From: Octopus vulgaris | Lineage: Eukaryota | Direction of reading: 5' to 3' | Length of the DNA: 64,000 nucleotides | Assembly: GCA_951406725.2 (NCBI GenBank) | Contig: OX597835.1 | Location: forward strand, 46,438,001 to 46,502,000 | In this document: piece by piece, positions 40,901 to 55,227 of the stretch | Position numbering within the stretch: position 1 is the first letter of the stretch | Layout of the letters: the number at the start of each line of letters is the position of its first letter | The notes under the pieces: generated by a model | Databases searched by the model: none | Told to the model about the DNA's origin: nothing | What the model saw: the letters and a program-made list of their open reading frames with translations, nothing else | Program-made: the position numbers and the translations under genes

Positions 40901-41725
40901 GCTTCCCGCTAATTTCTTGCACTCAGTAAATACATGTAATATTCTACACTAAGTATATGTAATTAAATACACGCATATGTATCGATCTATACAACATGCG
41001 TGCTTGCGTAGCTATGTATATGCATTCATGTGTATTATGTAACTTAATATGCATTAGTACATATATAAATGCCTGTCTCTGTATGTGTGCATATATTATA
41101 ATATATTATAATATTTTGTAATATATTATAATATTTTATAATATTATATATTTATGAACTTGTGGACTTTCCAACCAATATTCTTTATGTGTTTGGTTGC
41201 AGCGTCAGAGTATATTTGTGTTCGTGTCTTTATAACTACAGTAATTTCTTCGAAAAGCGTATTTTACTTCAAATTACGTATCTCTGCGTCCACTTAAGCT
41301 TAGTATCTCTCATTAAGAAATTTAAAAGGCTCCACTTTTGGTTCCCTTTTTCTTTCTTTTTGTCGGTTTTCGTTTGGATCCTCTTAATACTTTTGGAACA
41401 ATCCAGGATTATTTAGAAGAGTTAATCGTTGCTTCTTCTAGTTTCTATCACGAAGTTTCTGTAGATAAAGCGTTAGCCCTGTTCAACGGATGAGATCTGT
41501 GACAAATATAAAAAAAGAAAAGAAATATATATATATATATTTAAAGGTGTGTGTGTATAAGAAGTATGACAGAAAATTTCATAAAATGTACCGTACTTTG
41601 GGCGAGTGCCGTCTGCTATGGCCTCGAGCTTTTGATTGCGTGGGAGCCAGTCCTATGTATAAGTGTGTGTATGAGTGTGTGGGCCTGTATTCTTGTGTGC
41701 AAGTTCGTGTGTTTCAGTGTAATTC

Positions 41726-41823
<98 letters not shown>

Positions 41824-42199
41824 CATAGGGATAAAAGGAGAGCAGAACATTTGTTTCTTGGTAAAGGTCTGAATGAGATCTAAAGCATACAGTTCTTCTG
41901 TAGAGACATTTTTCAAGTGTGTGTGTGCGTGTGAGTGTGTGTGTGTACATATATAAATTCATACATACATATGGGAATCCTCAAAAACAACAAATTGATT
42001 CACAATATTTAACTACAATCAATTTAAGGTACTGTAAACATTTGTGAAACATTCCAGGGATTCTCCATTCAAGGTTCTTGGGTTGACCACACTCACAGAT
42101 ATAAGCAGTAAGGAAGCACACGCATATATGTGAGCTAGTGATATTCACACCAACTATAGGTGTGGAAGTTTTTCCACAGGTGCGCATCGTATGTCCGCA

Positions 42200-42262
<63 letters not shown>

Positions 42263-42624
42263 CACACACACACCTTTGCCAACAACCATAAAATCAGATA
42301 ACTACAAATCCGAAGAGCCATATTTTTATTTTTTTAATTTTCCTGGGCCCTAGGTCTCCAAAGAACAGCTACTAGGTTTCCATGGCGTATAAGTAATCGA
42401 GATCACAATGTTTCCCTCAATGGGACTCCGGTCGGTTGCGGTGTTTAAGGCCAGAGAATTTGAGAGGAGAGATAAGTCGACTACATCGTACTTAACGGGT
42501 ACTTTATTTTCTCGACAGCCAAAGGATGTCAGACAACTTTGACCTCGGCGCGGTTTGAACACGGAACGTAAAGAGGCGTAAGAAATGCTGCCAAACAATT
42601 TGTCCGAAATGCTAACAATTTTGT

Positions 42625-42890
42625 CTATATACATGCATACATACATACATTCATACATACATACATACATACATACATACATACATACATACATACATAC
42701 ATACATACATACATACATACATACATACATACATACATACATACATACATACATACATACATACATACATACAGACATGCATGCATACATACATACATAC
42801 ATGCATACATACATACATACACATACATTCATACATACATACATACATACATACATACATACATACATACATACATACATACATACATAC
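42625..42890 (+). repeat. (CATA)n array, the 3' tail of the adjacent RTE element
   Basis: Directly abuts the 3' end of the minus-strand RTE fragment. Confidence 0.85.
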
Positions 42891-43495
42891 ATGGTGGTTG
42901 TCTACTCCTTATACAGAGTTTGACCACCTCCTGTACCTACACCTTAGCACCATCATGGCGTCTGATGTGGCTTTTTAAACCAGACAATGTTCTGAAAAGA
43001 CACCCACATAGATTGCACCTCTGATTTGGACCACTAATACCTGCAGATAAATTCTGCTCTTTGTGGATCTTAAAATGTCTTTTGAGGCCTCTGTTGGATT
43101 TGCAAACCTTCTGGCATACACTGCATTCAAAGGTGTGCACAAACAAATAGTCAGAATAGTTGATGGAGGTTTGTTTCCATGCGTTCGCAGGTGAGATTCG
43201 AGGCCAGCCAAAGACAGGCATGGCCTGTCACAGACTATGCACGCAGAAAAGTAATTGTCATTTACCTTCTCCATCGTTACATTCCTCCATAGATCTCTTT
43301 TGAGTCTTACTTGCGCTATTCTGGCCTCTTCAAATGCTTTTACTCCACTCCACACCTTTGTTCGCCATCCAACTCGATCCGAAGCTAGGGTTCCTATATA
43401 TTCTGGAACCATAGTAGTCCTTATGCCGTCCTTAAGCCTTTTTTTTTAGGTTTACGCCGATAGCGTTTCCCCTCTGCAAGTTCACCATAAAACAT
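42891..43495 (-). mobile_element. RTE-clade LINE 3' fragment with three C2H2 zinc fingers
   Basis: FYGELAEGKR...LASDRVGWR..V..GV..FE, followed by CIVC...HLRTH, CSVC...HFKIH and CNLC...HIRRH across a frameshift. Confidence 0.85.
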
Positions 43496-43511
43496 GCATA
43501 CATACATACAT

Positions 43512-43745
43512 AGTTTATGGTGAATTAATGCGGAACCTACAGCTCTTGTACCCTAACCATAATTTCTCAGTTGTACCTATCGTCAAAGGTGCGTTAGGTT
43601 ATGTACTAACAAATTTGCGCAAAAAAAACTAGAAATATTCGGTTTCACTGAGAAAGAGCAAAAGAAAAAACTGACACGGATTAAATCCAATCCATTAGTG
43701 ACAAAGTGATTATTTCTAAGACAATCCCCAAATTCTCTATTTGAG
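43512..43745 (+). mobile_element. Second R4-like RLE 3' fragment
   Basis: YGELMRNLQLLYPNHNFSVVPIVKGALGYV is homologous to 39670-39900. Confidence 0.7.
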
Positions 43746-44261
43746 GTTCTTATGTGAAAGGATTCACATAGTTGGTTTTATGCATCGACAGGTGAACCAG
43801 CGCATCAACTCAACCACACATTTACAGACACCGAGAACTCTCTTAACTCAAAAAGTCTTGTTTCTTTTTTTTTTAGTCACCAGCTTGAACTCTCGGGAAG
43901 AATTTGGATAAAACCCAAAGAACAATTTTACCTACAAACATACACACATACATTCACTCACATATATGACTCGTTCGGATTTATTACTTCCGTTGTCTCT
44001 CTCACCTGGTATACCTGTTTAGAACTGCGTGTTTTTTTTCTTATAACCATTTGATAGTAAAATTATACGGCTTATAAGCTACACATCCACTCACGCGTAG
44101 AAATGTTCAGTTATGTGTAAAATACATTCAATTATTTTCCTAATTAGGAAATTTGACCATGGACTCCAAAAGCAGATTGAAAACTGCTTTACTTTAATTT
44201 TATGTATGAGCCTACGTATATATGTACATGTGTTTATTTATATATATATACATACACATGA

Positions 44262-44664
44262 GAGTGGCTGTGGCGTAGGAAGCTTCTTTTCCAACCACGA
44301 TTCAGGGATTCCGGGTTCAATCCTACTGCATAACTCCAAGGGCGAGTGGTTTTCTACTATAGTTTCGAGTCGACCAAAGACTTGTGAGTGAATTTGGTAG
44401 ACAGAAACTGAACGAAGCCTGTCGTATATATATGTATATATATATATTTCTGTGTGTGTGTGCCTGTGTTTTTCCCACCCACTTCATCACCACTTCACAA
44501 CTAGTGTTGGTTTGTTTACGTTCCTGTAATTAGCAGTTCGCCAAAAGAAACCGTTAGAATAAGTAGCACGCTCAAGAAATAAGCACTGGGGGCGATTCAT
44601 TCGACCAAAAATTCAAGTCGGTGCCCCAGTATGGTCTCAGTATAGTGACTAAAACTAGTAAAAG

Positions 44665-44718
<54 letters not shown>

Positions 44719-45065
44719 CTTTTGAATGCTTTAGTCACTGGACCGAGGCGATGCTGAAGTATTGACTTGAAGTGTTTGGTTGAACAAATCGACCCCAGAA
44801 CATATTTTTAAACCTGGTATTTATTCTATCAGTCCATTTTGCTGAACCACTAGATTTAGGGGTGCGTAATCAAACCAACACCGATTTTCAAGCGAGGGCG
44901 GGAGACAAACACAAAAACGCTCACTCGGAAATACACGTACTCAAAAATCAACTCATAAGGCTTTGGCCAGACGTAGGCCACAGTAGAAGACACTTGACCA
45001 TTTATGCTACGCAATGTAACTGGACCCGAAACCATGTGGAGGACAAGCAAGCTGCTTACCACACA
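44262..45065. mobile_element. Tail-to-tail pair of diverged family B SINEs (44262-44667 +, 44720-45065 -)
   Basis: Similar to 4875-5350 in both orientations around a (TA)n. Confidence 0.75.
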
Positions 45066-45086
45066 CACATACACACAGGGGCAGAT

Positions 45087-45369
<283 letters not shown>

Positions 45370-46176
45370 GCAATTATGCGGATAAACAAATCAACATAAC
45401 AGCTTGGGGTTGACATATATATATATATATATATGTATAAAAAATATATATAAAAATACAAAATTGGACAAGAACGCAAAACATTCAAATAGATGACACA
45501 AAAAACGTGTGTGTGTGTGTGTGTATGTGTGTGTAGAATGAAATCAAAGACTGAAGATTTTCAGACGATGAACATTTAAATGTAAATGCATAGATATCGA
45601 TATATTAATAGATCAAGCTTACACGGAGCTCAATCGACAGAGAAAATTAAAAGGGGAGAAGGTAATGTGTAACAGCTGTTGCCGGGGACTCGGACATCCA
45701 ATATGATATTTGTAGATGTAGGTCACCAAAATATGCAGCCACTAATCGAAGCAAAAAAAAATTGGATAAATCGAGCCTCTTCCGTCTTCAGTGTAGAAAA
45801 AAATCTTACATTGCACATCATGATGCAGAGAAGTAGGAAGTTCGATCCTCCTACCTCCTCCCTCCAATACCGCTTGCTTTCTGCAGCTAAACATTCCATC
45901 AGTTGACGTATATATATATATATATACATATACTTCCCTACGTGGTTTGTTTTCAGGTGCTTTGGTTTTTCTGGGAACTCCCTTTAAAGTAGAAAGAATA
46001 GCTAGGATTTTGACTGCTATTTCTAAACTTCGGTGTGTGGTGAAGCTAATCGTTGCTGAACCCTAATTATATAGTATTACTTAAACTTACCATAAAATGG
46101 TCTTTTTTCATGCCGAATTCTACTTGGTGAAATTACTAATTACTTCTTAATTAATTAATTTCACCCTTTGTTATTA

Positions 46177-46213
<37 letters not shown>

Positions 46214-46229
46214 TTACGAAGAGCTTCAC

Positions 46230-48060
46230 ATACCTTGTTCCCAAACCCTTTATATCTACGATTAGCGAAAGGAAAGTGTGGACCAAGCAGGAGGATCAGG
46301 AAAGTGAAGCAGTTGAGGAGTGAAAAGAACAGCTTAAGAAAGCAATGGAAATGTACTGAGGAAGACAAAAGAAGACTTGGCCTCGGGCGACTGTACGAAG
46401 ATTTAAAAAGGAAATACTGTTGTGTGCAACGAAAGGGAAGCAAAAGAGCTCGTGAACAGTTTCTGATGAACCCGTACGGGGTTGCTAAGAAGCTGTTCAC
46501 TGAACCGAATTGCAGCCCTTTATCATGCACAAAAGAAGAACTGGAATGCTCATATCAAAGAAGCATACATTGATCCAAACCGTAACCAGCCACTGCCTCC
46601 TATAAATTGGCTAAACCATCTCTTAGAACTTGATATTGAATTTCAAATTGGGGACATCAGGGAGAAAGAGGTGAATGATGATTTCGTGAGAAAGGTTAGA
46701 GCAAAGAGTGCCCAAGGAGGTGATGGCGTCTCGTATAAAATATATAATTACTGCATTCGTCTACGAAAGAAGCTCTTTGTCCTGCTCTGACAGCTGTGGC
46801 ACGAAGATACTCTAGTAGAGGATTTGTGTAAGGCAGAAAGCATATATCTGCCGAAGGAGGCCAATGCAGAGATTATAAAACAGTTTAGGCCGATACCCTA
46901 ATTGAATGTGGAAGGCAAGATCTTTATGGGAATTCTCTCAAGAGCAAAGGCATGTCTTCAGGGTAATGGATAGTTTGATAAATCTGTACAAAAGGCCGGA
47001 ATCTCTGGGATCCCTGGATGCGTCGAGTATTGTTTTTCGATTTGGAAAGCAATCCAGGATGCCAAACAGAACAAGACAAGCCTGAACGTGGTATGGCTTG
47101 ATCTAGCTTATACATATGGCTCAGTTCCACACGAATTATTAATGAGAGCCATGGACCACTTCCACATTCCAGACAAAGTAATGAGATTAATGAGGATATA
47201 TTAGGACAGTTTCGTTTATCCTATGATGTCTTGACATCGCCTACGAATTTAATAAGATGGAACGTCTAAGAAAATGATATATGCAAATGCGGAAATGTCG
47301 GAACGCTGAAACATATTCTTTCCAACTGTTCACTGACATTGAATAGATATACATGGATACACAATCTGGTCCTTAAGGTTATCTTCAAAGAACCAAATTG
47401 TTCTCATCAACAGTGAAACAAAAACCGTTGAAAGAACTAACCAGAAGTTTCTTTACCTTCGTGCATTCAGGACAGCAGATCCGTTTCAAGAAGAACTTTC
47501 CTGTGAGCGACGAAATGTGGAACGGGTATTGGGAAGTAGCTACAGATTTACCAGGATGCCAAAGATTCTTGTCATCCCAGTTACGAAAAAAAAAACCAGA
47601 CATTTTAATGTGGTGTGAAAGAAAGAAAGTGGTGGATCTAGCTGAGTTGATGGTTCCACATGAATATAACATGGACGCCGCTCGGGCTCGAAAGATTGAC
47701 TGTTATGTAAACCTCCTCGAGGAATGTGAAATCGCAGGCTGGAAAGCGGAGCATTTTCCAATCGAAGTCGAATATAGAGGATTCGTTGGACACAGTGTGA
47801 GATGACTGTTGTTATTGTTAGGCCTAACTCATCTAAAGTAAATGACACCATGAGCGATATTCAAACTACAGAGGAAAAGGCTAACCAATGGATTTTGTTA
47901 AAAAGAGACGATGAGCGATAGCTAAAAGAATATTGAGCTATATTTGATCTAGCAAGCAGGGCCTCATGTCAGTGAGGAGGAACAGTACGCAATGACGCTA
48001 TCGTGGCGTAGGCCCCGAAACGGCACACATTTTCTCCTGAGGACCCTATGCACTTGCTGG
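46230..48060 (+). mobile_element. Hero/NeSL-like non-LTR retrotransposon relic (RT N-half, internal deletion, CCHC, RLE)
   Basis: FLMNPYGVAKKLF, KSAQGGDGVSYKIY, QFRPI, QKAGISGIPGCVE, VVWLDL..YGSVPH, C.CG..GTLKHILSNC and KPDILMW...AELMVPHE...PIEVEYRGF. Confidence 0.85.
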
Positions 48061-48528
48061 ATTCCGGTATGCTGAGCCAACAACAGTTACTATTATGTTG
48101 AGAGCTCCAGTAGGTTTCCATAAAGATGAACACAGGTTTCATGCAATAGTTCCTACGCGCGTTTTACCATTATGGTTGTTCTGGAGGCGATCCAAAATTA
48201 GTTAAATCCAAAGCGAACTAAGGAAGATATTTCTCAGAACGTTGTGTCCACTTGTATTTTCGGAAATATTAATTTCAATGATATTTTCTTTATCTAAATA
48301 TGTTGACACATCTTCAGTTGTTGGCTTTGTAAGAGGAATTCTAAAATTAAAGATGCGATTTTTCTCTATCTGCATTTTTTGTTGTCTAATACTCGAAATT
48401 GTTGTCTAATTTCTCGAATTCTTGTAAATGATATTTGGTCCCACTTGTCATGCACGAGGAATTGCCTTGGATGTGTTTTCTACTTGCATTTATTAGAGTC
48501 TGATTGTTTGTTACCGTTAAGTAAATTT

Positions 48529-48654
<126 letters not shown>

Positions 48655-48683
48655 AAGAGGGAGAGACAGACAAACATGTGTTG

Positions 48684-49110
48684 TACAAGGGGATACCCAA
48701 AATTAACCAGAAACGTTCTCTGTGAGACAAGCCCGTTGTAGTTTCAGGCTTCCACCCCTAGAAGCCACTTGAGGCGATCCTCAGGCATCAATCTGCTGAC
48801 TGCCGTCGGCCACTAAAGTCGTACTGCCACCTGGTGTGTCTTTGTTTTGCAGTGCTTCTCCCTTGTTTGTCGATTTTTGCGATGGTTTAAGCGAAGAAAC
48901 AGCGTGCTTCCGTGAAATTCTGTTTTCTGCTGGAGAAAACGGCGGCCGAAAAAGTTCTCATGCTTCAAACAGATTACAAAGACGCTGCCACGATCAAAAC
49001 ACAAGTTTATGAGTGGTTTCCACGCTTTAGAAAGGATCACTTGTCGCTTGGGGACCAACTTTATTCAGGGTAGCTGTCGGCCTCCGGAACGAATGAAAAC
49101 ATGAATATTC
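48684..49110 (+). mobile_element. mariner transposon 5' relic
   Basis: TACAAGGGG TIR-like start, then QRASVKFCFLLEKTAAE...KTQVYEWF.RFRK...SG. Confidence 0.75.
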
Positions 49111-49239
49111 ATGAACTTGGAAAACATTGTGCATGGCTGTTTATATCAATTTTTATGTACACATCAACTATTCACTAAATCATCCATAAATTTGTATGCT
49201 AAATACATATACGATGTCTAAAACAAACTAAATTATAAA

Positions 49240-49314
<75 letters not shown>

Positions 49315-49784
49315 ATACACGGACGGAAAGAGACAACCCAATGACAAACCAAGCTTGGTTGTATGTTCGCTTACCAAAATTTGAAATTACACCTATGGAT
49401 CTCAAACTGAATATTACTTAGCTCTTCCCCAATTATTCATAGAATTATTTTGTTCCCTATTCTTCTTCATTACTGAGATCCCAAAACTGAGTTTATCCTC
49501 ATGCAACACTTCTTATTCATCGTGATTTTGGAGAAGTTTAACAAGCTTTAAACCCATTTTAATTTCATTAATCTTAATAGATAGTGCATTACACCACGTG
49601 ATGCTATAGCACTATTATCCAATGAGTATCACTCGAGTAAAGTCCGTTATTCTCTCAATATATATGTAAATATATTTATATAAACATTTATCAAATGTAC
49701 GTATGAAATTATGTATTCTTTATGCACATATTTATCTGTATATATATATATATATATATATCTGTATGTATGTACGTATGTATG

Positions 49785-49839
<55 letters not shown>

Positions 49840-49946
49840 CATATATATATATGCCTGATGTAATCATATCCATGCGCATAATGTGTGTGAGAGGGAGAGT
49901 GTAAGTGAATGCGCGTATGTGTTTGTGTGTGTTTGTGTGTGTTTGT

Positions 49947-49991
<45 letters not shown>

Positions 49992-50317
49992 AAGTGAGTT
50001 ATAAATATATAGAGAGATATAGATATACAGATATATATACGCTTAGTGGTATTCCGGTAAATATATACAACACGGTCGTGTATATATAATCGTACAACAA
50101 TGCAGTCATAACAATCCCCCCGGGGTGTTTATTCTTTGTGATGCATGAGAAGATACAGCACAACTGTGTCACGACTCCATGATAATCTTATACACACATA
50201 AACCGTGTATGTACTGTTAATGTCAAAGACACAAGGAACTCGATAAGACTGTTCAACGCTATTGTTCTATTGATCTGAAAGATGGCGTCTTGCTCTTCAA
50301 ATGGTGATTGTGGCATC

Positions 50318-50399
50318 GGTGGTGGTGGTGGTGGTGGTGGCGGTGGTGGTGGTGGTGGTGGTGGTGGTGGTGGTGGTGGTGGTGGTGGTGGTGGTGGTG
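50318..50399 (+). repeat. (GGT)n microsatellite
   Basis: Direct inspection. Confidence 0.95.
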
Positions 50400-51267
50400 T
50401 GTCCGTTGATAATTATGTTGATTTCATAAGTGTTTGTTTTTATGAACATTTCGTGGTATTGCTTTTGTTTTGTGTGTTTGTCCTGCGTCCGATTACCCTG
50501 TCTCCGATTACGTGGAATATCCCAGGTTGATTGGAAAATGTCACATTTAATCATCGCATCTCCATTACTTCTTCCGGTTAATACTTGTCACCGTGTACAC
50601 ACGAGAACCAAAGTGGGAACAGCTAATCTAGGTTATCTCTCCATTTAGGAGAAACAGTAGCCAAATCTTCTTCAAATAACAACACCCTTTGGATCAAACC
50701 GTATCAGTCCCAGCGGATTTCTCACGTAAACATGATTAGGTGGCGGATGTTCTGGCTTGCCAGCTGGGCGGTTGGTTACTTGGTTGGCTGGCTGGTTGGC
50801 TGGCTGGTTGGCTGGCTGGTTGGCTGGTTGGCTGGCTAGCTGGCTGAGTGGCTCGATGGATTAATGGTTGGATGGATGGGTGGATGGATGAATGGATGGA
50901 TGGTGTGTGTGTCTATAAGACTAGCGCTGAATATGCATGCATACACATACAACCTTACGTAGATACATACATGTACATGCATACGTACACACTCATACAT
51001 AGATGTTCGTACACACACACACATTCACATATATATATAAGTATAGTGAGAATTTATGAATAAAACACAAAAGGCGAAGACGAGTGTGTATACAACAAAG
51101 AGATGTATTAGTTTAACACTCGGGAAGTGAGAAAGTATTTTATGTTTCGAGCCTACGCTCTTCGACAGATAGGGACACAGGGAGAGAAAATAGAAAAGGT
51201 TTAGTGGCTAGCGATCTACTCATATTTATAGGATACGAAAGACATGTATATGGGTACAAGTTAATCT

Positions 51268-51316
<49 letters not shown>

Positions 51317-52046
51317 TGCATACAAACATGCACACATAGTACCCATACAGCAACCAGTTCATAAAAACCCATGAGCTGTCTTTTATTTATACAAAAGAAA
51401 AAGCAACATTTCTCAAGTGATTACAGGAACAAGGAAAGAAAAAAAATTGCTTGTATCTATCTTCTGAAGCAGGGAGATGGTTTTGAAATTCCGTCAAATG
51501 AACACCTGAAAACAGCCCCATCAGAAGCGTGAGGGAAAATAACCTGTTCTATACAATGGCGTATGGTAGTTGTTATTGAGTATACTGCCTCGCTGACCAT
51601 AGTATGACTTGCATTAGTATTACTAAAATTAGGCATACGAACTGTGTATTTCGATTTAAAATGCGGGATCCGAAATGTAAACGCAAAGTTTCTTTGAAAA
51701 TTAAACACGAAACGATGATACACGAAATAGCTTTTTTCACAAAATTATTTCTCCAAAATGAAATCATTCAAATTTAGGAAAAACTTCGCTTGGTATTATA
51801 CCAGGCTATAAAAACCTCACGAAGGTTACGATTTAAGCTACGAAGCTCTTATATTTTGTTACTAATCAGTATATAATCACTGAAAATTAAATTAAAGGCA
51901 CGTATTTCTGTGACTGTAAAGCATTTAAGATCAATACTAGTTAATTTATTTTTAAATACCTAAGCACACAACTCAGAAAATCACAAATTTCACAGAGCAA
52001 AATATCAACGCGCAACTTTTCACAAATTTGTAGAGTTGGTGTCCTC

Positions 52047-52210
52047 GTACCAGGACAGCTACACCACCCACCCATAAGACAATTTCCCCCCTCCCCGACG
52101 ACAACTACCCACTAGGACAATTATCCCTGTTGTCCTCAGGGTAATTGTCTTTCGTGCGGGGATGGGGGGAGTTAGTGTCCATGGGGGGAGAGTAAATGTC
52201 CTAGACTCGG
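52047..52210. mobile_element. Small palindromic MITE-like element with repeated GGACAATT-like motifs
   Basis: GGACAGCTAC / GACAATTTCCCC / GACAACTACCC / GGACAATTATCCC on the left arm mirror GGGTAATTGTC / GGGGGAGT..ATGTCC on the right. Confidence 0.5.
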
Positions 52211-53307
52211 TGTGCTAACAGCGCCAGCATTCGACCTGACTTAAGTTTTGTTTCTGGTTTCTAAAAGTGTTTTATTAGTTTTGAAAACAAATTAAGACCG
52301 AAGTTATATGATATTGTATGAAAAAAGCCTACTGAAAAACTATTAGTTTTAATTTTGGGAATTTTAAGTTGATTTAAACGTACGACTTCTCGCTACGAAA
52401 ACAAACTCGCAACCGTGCTGTCAAAGTTGTTGCACACCCTTCGTCATTCATTTTTTACCGTTCTCCCATCTACGATATATGCCCGGTACTGTATTATGAT
52501 ACAAAGCGCTGTGATGTGTGCAGTGTTATTGTAGGACACCCACCACCATATTTCAAACGGGTAAAACAAAAGTTTTCCATTATGATTGATGATTAAATTA
52601 ATGAGTAAAAGTTAATATTTATAATGAAATTTGTCATTTTCGATGGGTGTGGAGTGCACACCTAGCACACTCGGAATCACCCCCTGGTACTATGGTTGGA
52701 AGCAGAAGAAATAGTTCGGTCATTGTCTTTTTTTATGTCCAAAACATTGTCCAAACACATGCTAAAACAGAAAAGCCCTCGGCCACCTATACATTTGTGA
52801 CCCTGAATTTAGTTCAACAAAATACAAGGACGACATTTAAGGACACTGGCATCGGCGTTGATCCCTTGTTTGTTGCTGTTGTGTATCTGTATGACGTGGT
52901 GGTCAGTGTAAGGGTGGCAAAGGATGACATATGCTGAGAAGTAGTCAGAAAAGGTTGTCTACTACAAAACTACAGTTCCTAGGACGCTATGGATGTTCTG
53001 TCGCTGGTGCAGAAACAATATGAGACTCGTGTCGCAGAGCGAAATGTATAACAGCTGTCTGTTATGGAATGGAAGGGTTTCTGAAGGCCATTTGCCTTAA
53101 AAGATTCGAAGTTGGTGAAGACTAATAGACACCACAACATTAGCAGCAAACTCCTTTCTCTCATAAACAATAGGTTTTAGTTTCGGATTGGTGGAGACCA
53201 CCCCGATTTTTGTCATACTCCAAAATACCTGGTTACTTGTATCTTTAATTCTCTCGCCGTTGGATTGTTCTATACCATCAGATGATACACTATATCTATT
53301 AATTTAG

Positions 53308-53536
53308 GGCCCGAGCTGGTAGAAACGTTAGCACGCCGGGCGAAATGCGTTGCCGTATTTCGTCTGCCGTTACGTTCTGAGTTCAAATTCCGCCGAGGTC
53401 GACTTTGCCTTTCATCCTTTCGGAGTCGATAAATTAAGTACCAGTTACGCACTGGGGACGATGTAATCGACTTAATACCTATGTCTGTCCTTGTTTGTCC
53501 CCTCTGTGTTTAGCCTCTTGTGGGTAGTAAAGAAAA
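53308..53536 (+). mobile_element. SINE family A
   Basis: Similar to 11917-12148. Confidence 0.9.
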
Positions 53537-54080
53537 TTATATCTATTAATCCCAAATTCCCTCCAAATATCCTTACTGTCGAAACCAGACCATTTATTTT
53601 ACACATTCTTACCGAACATCTATATGAAACAGGTCATTCAACTTTTCTTCACGTTTCAGTCTGTATCCCGGTGTCTCTTTCCATATCTGCCGGAGGGGCA
53701 TCATACAATCACAAACAGAAATGGTGATAGACTACTTCCTCGAAATATGCTTCTCCTGATGTTAATCTTAGCCAGAAATTCTACACATATTAACTCTGCA
53801 TTCCAGTTCTTCATTGATTTGATAAAATTTAAGATGTTTCCAGAAGCCTTTACCAACTCAAGACTTTCTAAAATCCAAGATCGAGGGACTATGTCATAAG
53901 CTTTTTTACAATCCATTCACGCCATACCCAGACTAACATGTCTTCCCTTACAGTCGTTCAGCACTATTCTGTATACCAGAAGTTGATCTTTTATCCCTCG
54001 GCTTCTTCTCCTGCATCCGTTCTATTCCACTGGCAGTTTGTCATTCATTTCAAGAAAGTCATACACACAATTAGATATTA

Positions 54081-54453
54081 CTAGCAGTATCGCCCGGCGT
54101 TGCTCAGGTTTGTAAGGGAAATAACTATAAAGCATTTTTAGAGAGTTATAGCCAAAAAATGGAGAAAAATGATGGTAAATTTTTTTGAGAGTTAAAAAAG
54201 GTGGAGTTGCGTCCCCTAGACAGTTTGGGGTTTGTGTTTCTGATTCTCGACCCCATGTCGAATTTATCGGGGTTTTTTCAGAACTGGGGGAACTTTTCAA
54301 AATTTTCGCTGCGTTAGTTTTGAATTATGACATTGGGCTATGTGTGTGTCAAGTTTCATCAGAATCGGTTGAAAGCCGTGGTCAGGGTGAGGGTACGAGC
54401 AAACAGACACACAGAAACACGCACAGACAAACTGCCGTTTATATAGAGAGAGA
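54081..54453 (-). mobile_element. Complete non-autonomous Helitron
   Basis: Minus strand 5'-TC...subterminal hairpin...CTAG-3', inserted between A and T with no TSD. Removing it restores ACA GGA ATA ATA TCT in the host RT. Confidence 0.9.
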
Positions 54454-55227
54454 TTCCTGTCATCAACCTCCACATCAAGGATAGGCGGGAGATTGGCTGC
54501 TAATTATCCACTGCTTCACCTTTACCAGGGTCCCTTTCGTAAAGAACCGTTTTTCCCTGTGATCATCCACTTCGAGATTTCCACACGGTTGTTGATCATT
54601 TCATCCATTTGCGCAGCTGTTCTTTCGTGTAGTGAATTTTTCAGCCTTGTACACTATCTGGGCCTGGACATTTCTAGTTTCGGACCTTTGTTGTCACAAT
54701 TTCAGTTGTTATCTTTTTATTGTTTCGTTTCACTTCATATTTATCCGACCTTAATTCCTTCAACCATCCAGCATCTTATGATTCTTTCCATTATCTCAGA
54801 TGTTACTCCCAAACCTCCTACTCTCTTCAGATTCTGGTTACTCATTACTGTTAACCTTTCCGTTCATCTGCTGTTAAACTCTCACTGTGTTTTCAATTCT
54901 CACCCTCTTCTTGATCTCAACAAGTTCTAAGTTTAACCATCCGTTCTTCTTTATTATCCATGCCTGGTTACACAATTTCTATTCCGTAATATCTAAGCCT
55001 TGCCTCTCCATCCAAATGTCATGCATTCCCTTTCTGTATCCTCTTATCAGCTTCTCTTCACCATCATCAGGTCTGCTCAAAAAATAACATTCCATGACAG
55101 TTATATTCGTCTCCTCAGACCATCTTGTTCCAGCATCCGTTCAATGATGACCGACCCAGTGCTGCTCTCTCACAAGACACCTGCAGGCCGAGATGCCGTC
55201 ACCTGAAGATCAGTCATCATTTAAAAA

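Larger units (their letters stand above)
53200..55100 (-). mobile_element. R4-like non-LTR retrotransposon RT relic, interrupted by a SINE and a Helitron
   Basis: MWRLMTG|[56 protein letters not shown] and ILEYDKI. Confidence 0.8.

Noticed and set aside
42937-43221. Host C2H2 zinc-finger gene
   Set aside because: It is contiguous with RTE ORF2 motifs, frameshifted and followed by a retroposon tail.
45670-45800. Minus-strand hammerhead (CTGAAGA...GCAACAGCTGTT)
   Set aside because: GAAA is mutated and helix I does not pair; at most a fossil.
47955-48055. Hammerhead-like CGAAAC and CTGAGGA in the Hero 3' UTR
   Set aside because: Helices cannot be arranged around the core in any canonical permutation.
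50282-50530. Poly-Gly ORF
   Set aside because: It derives from a (GGT)n microsatellite with no supporting splice or domain evidence.
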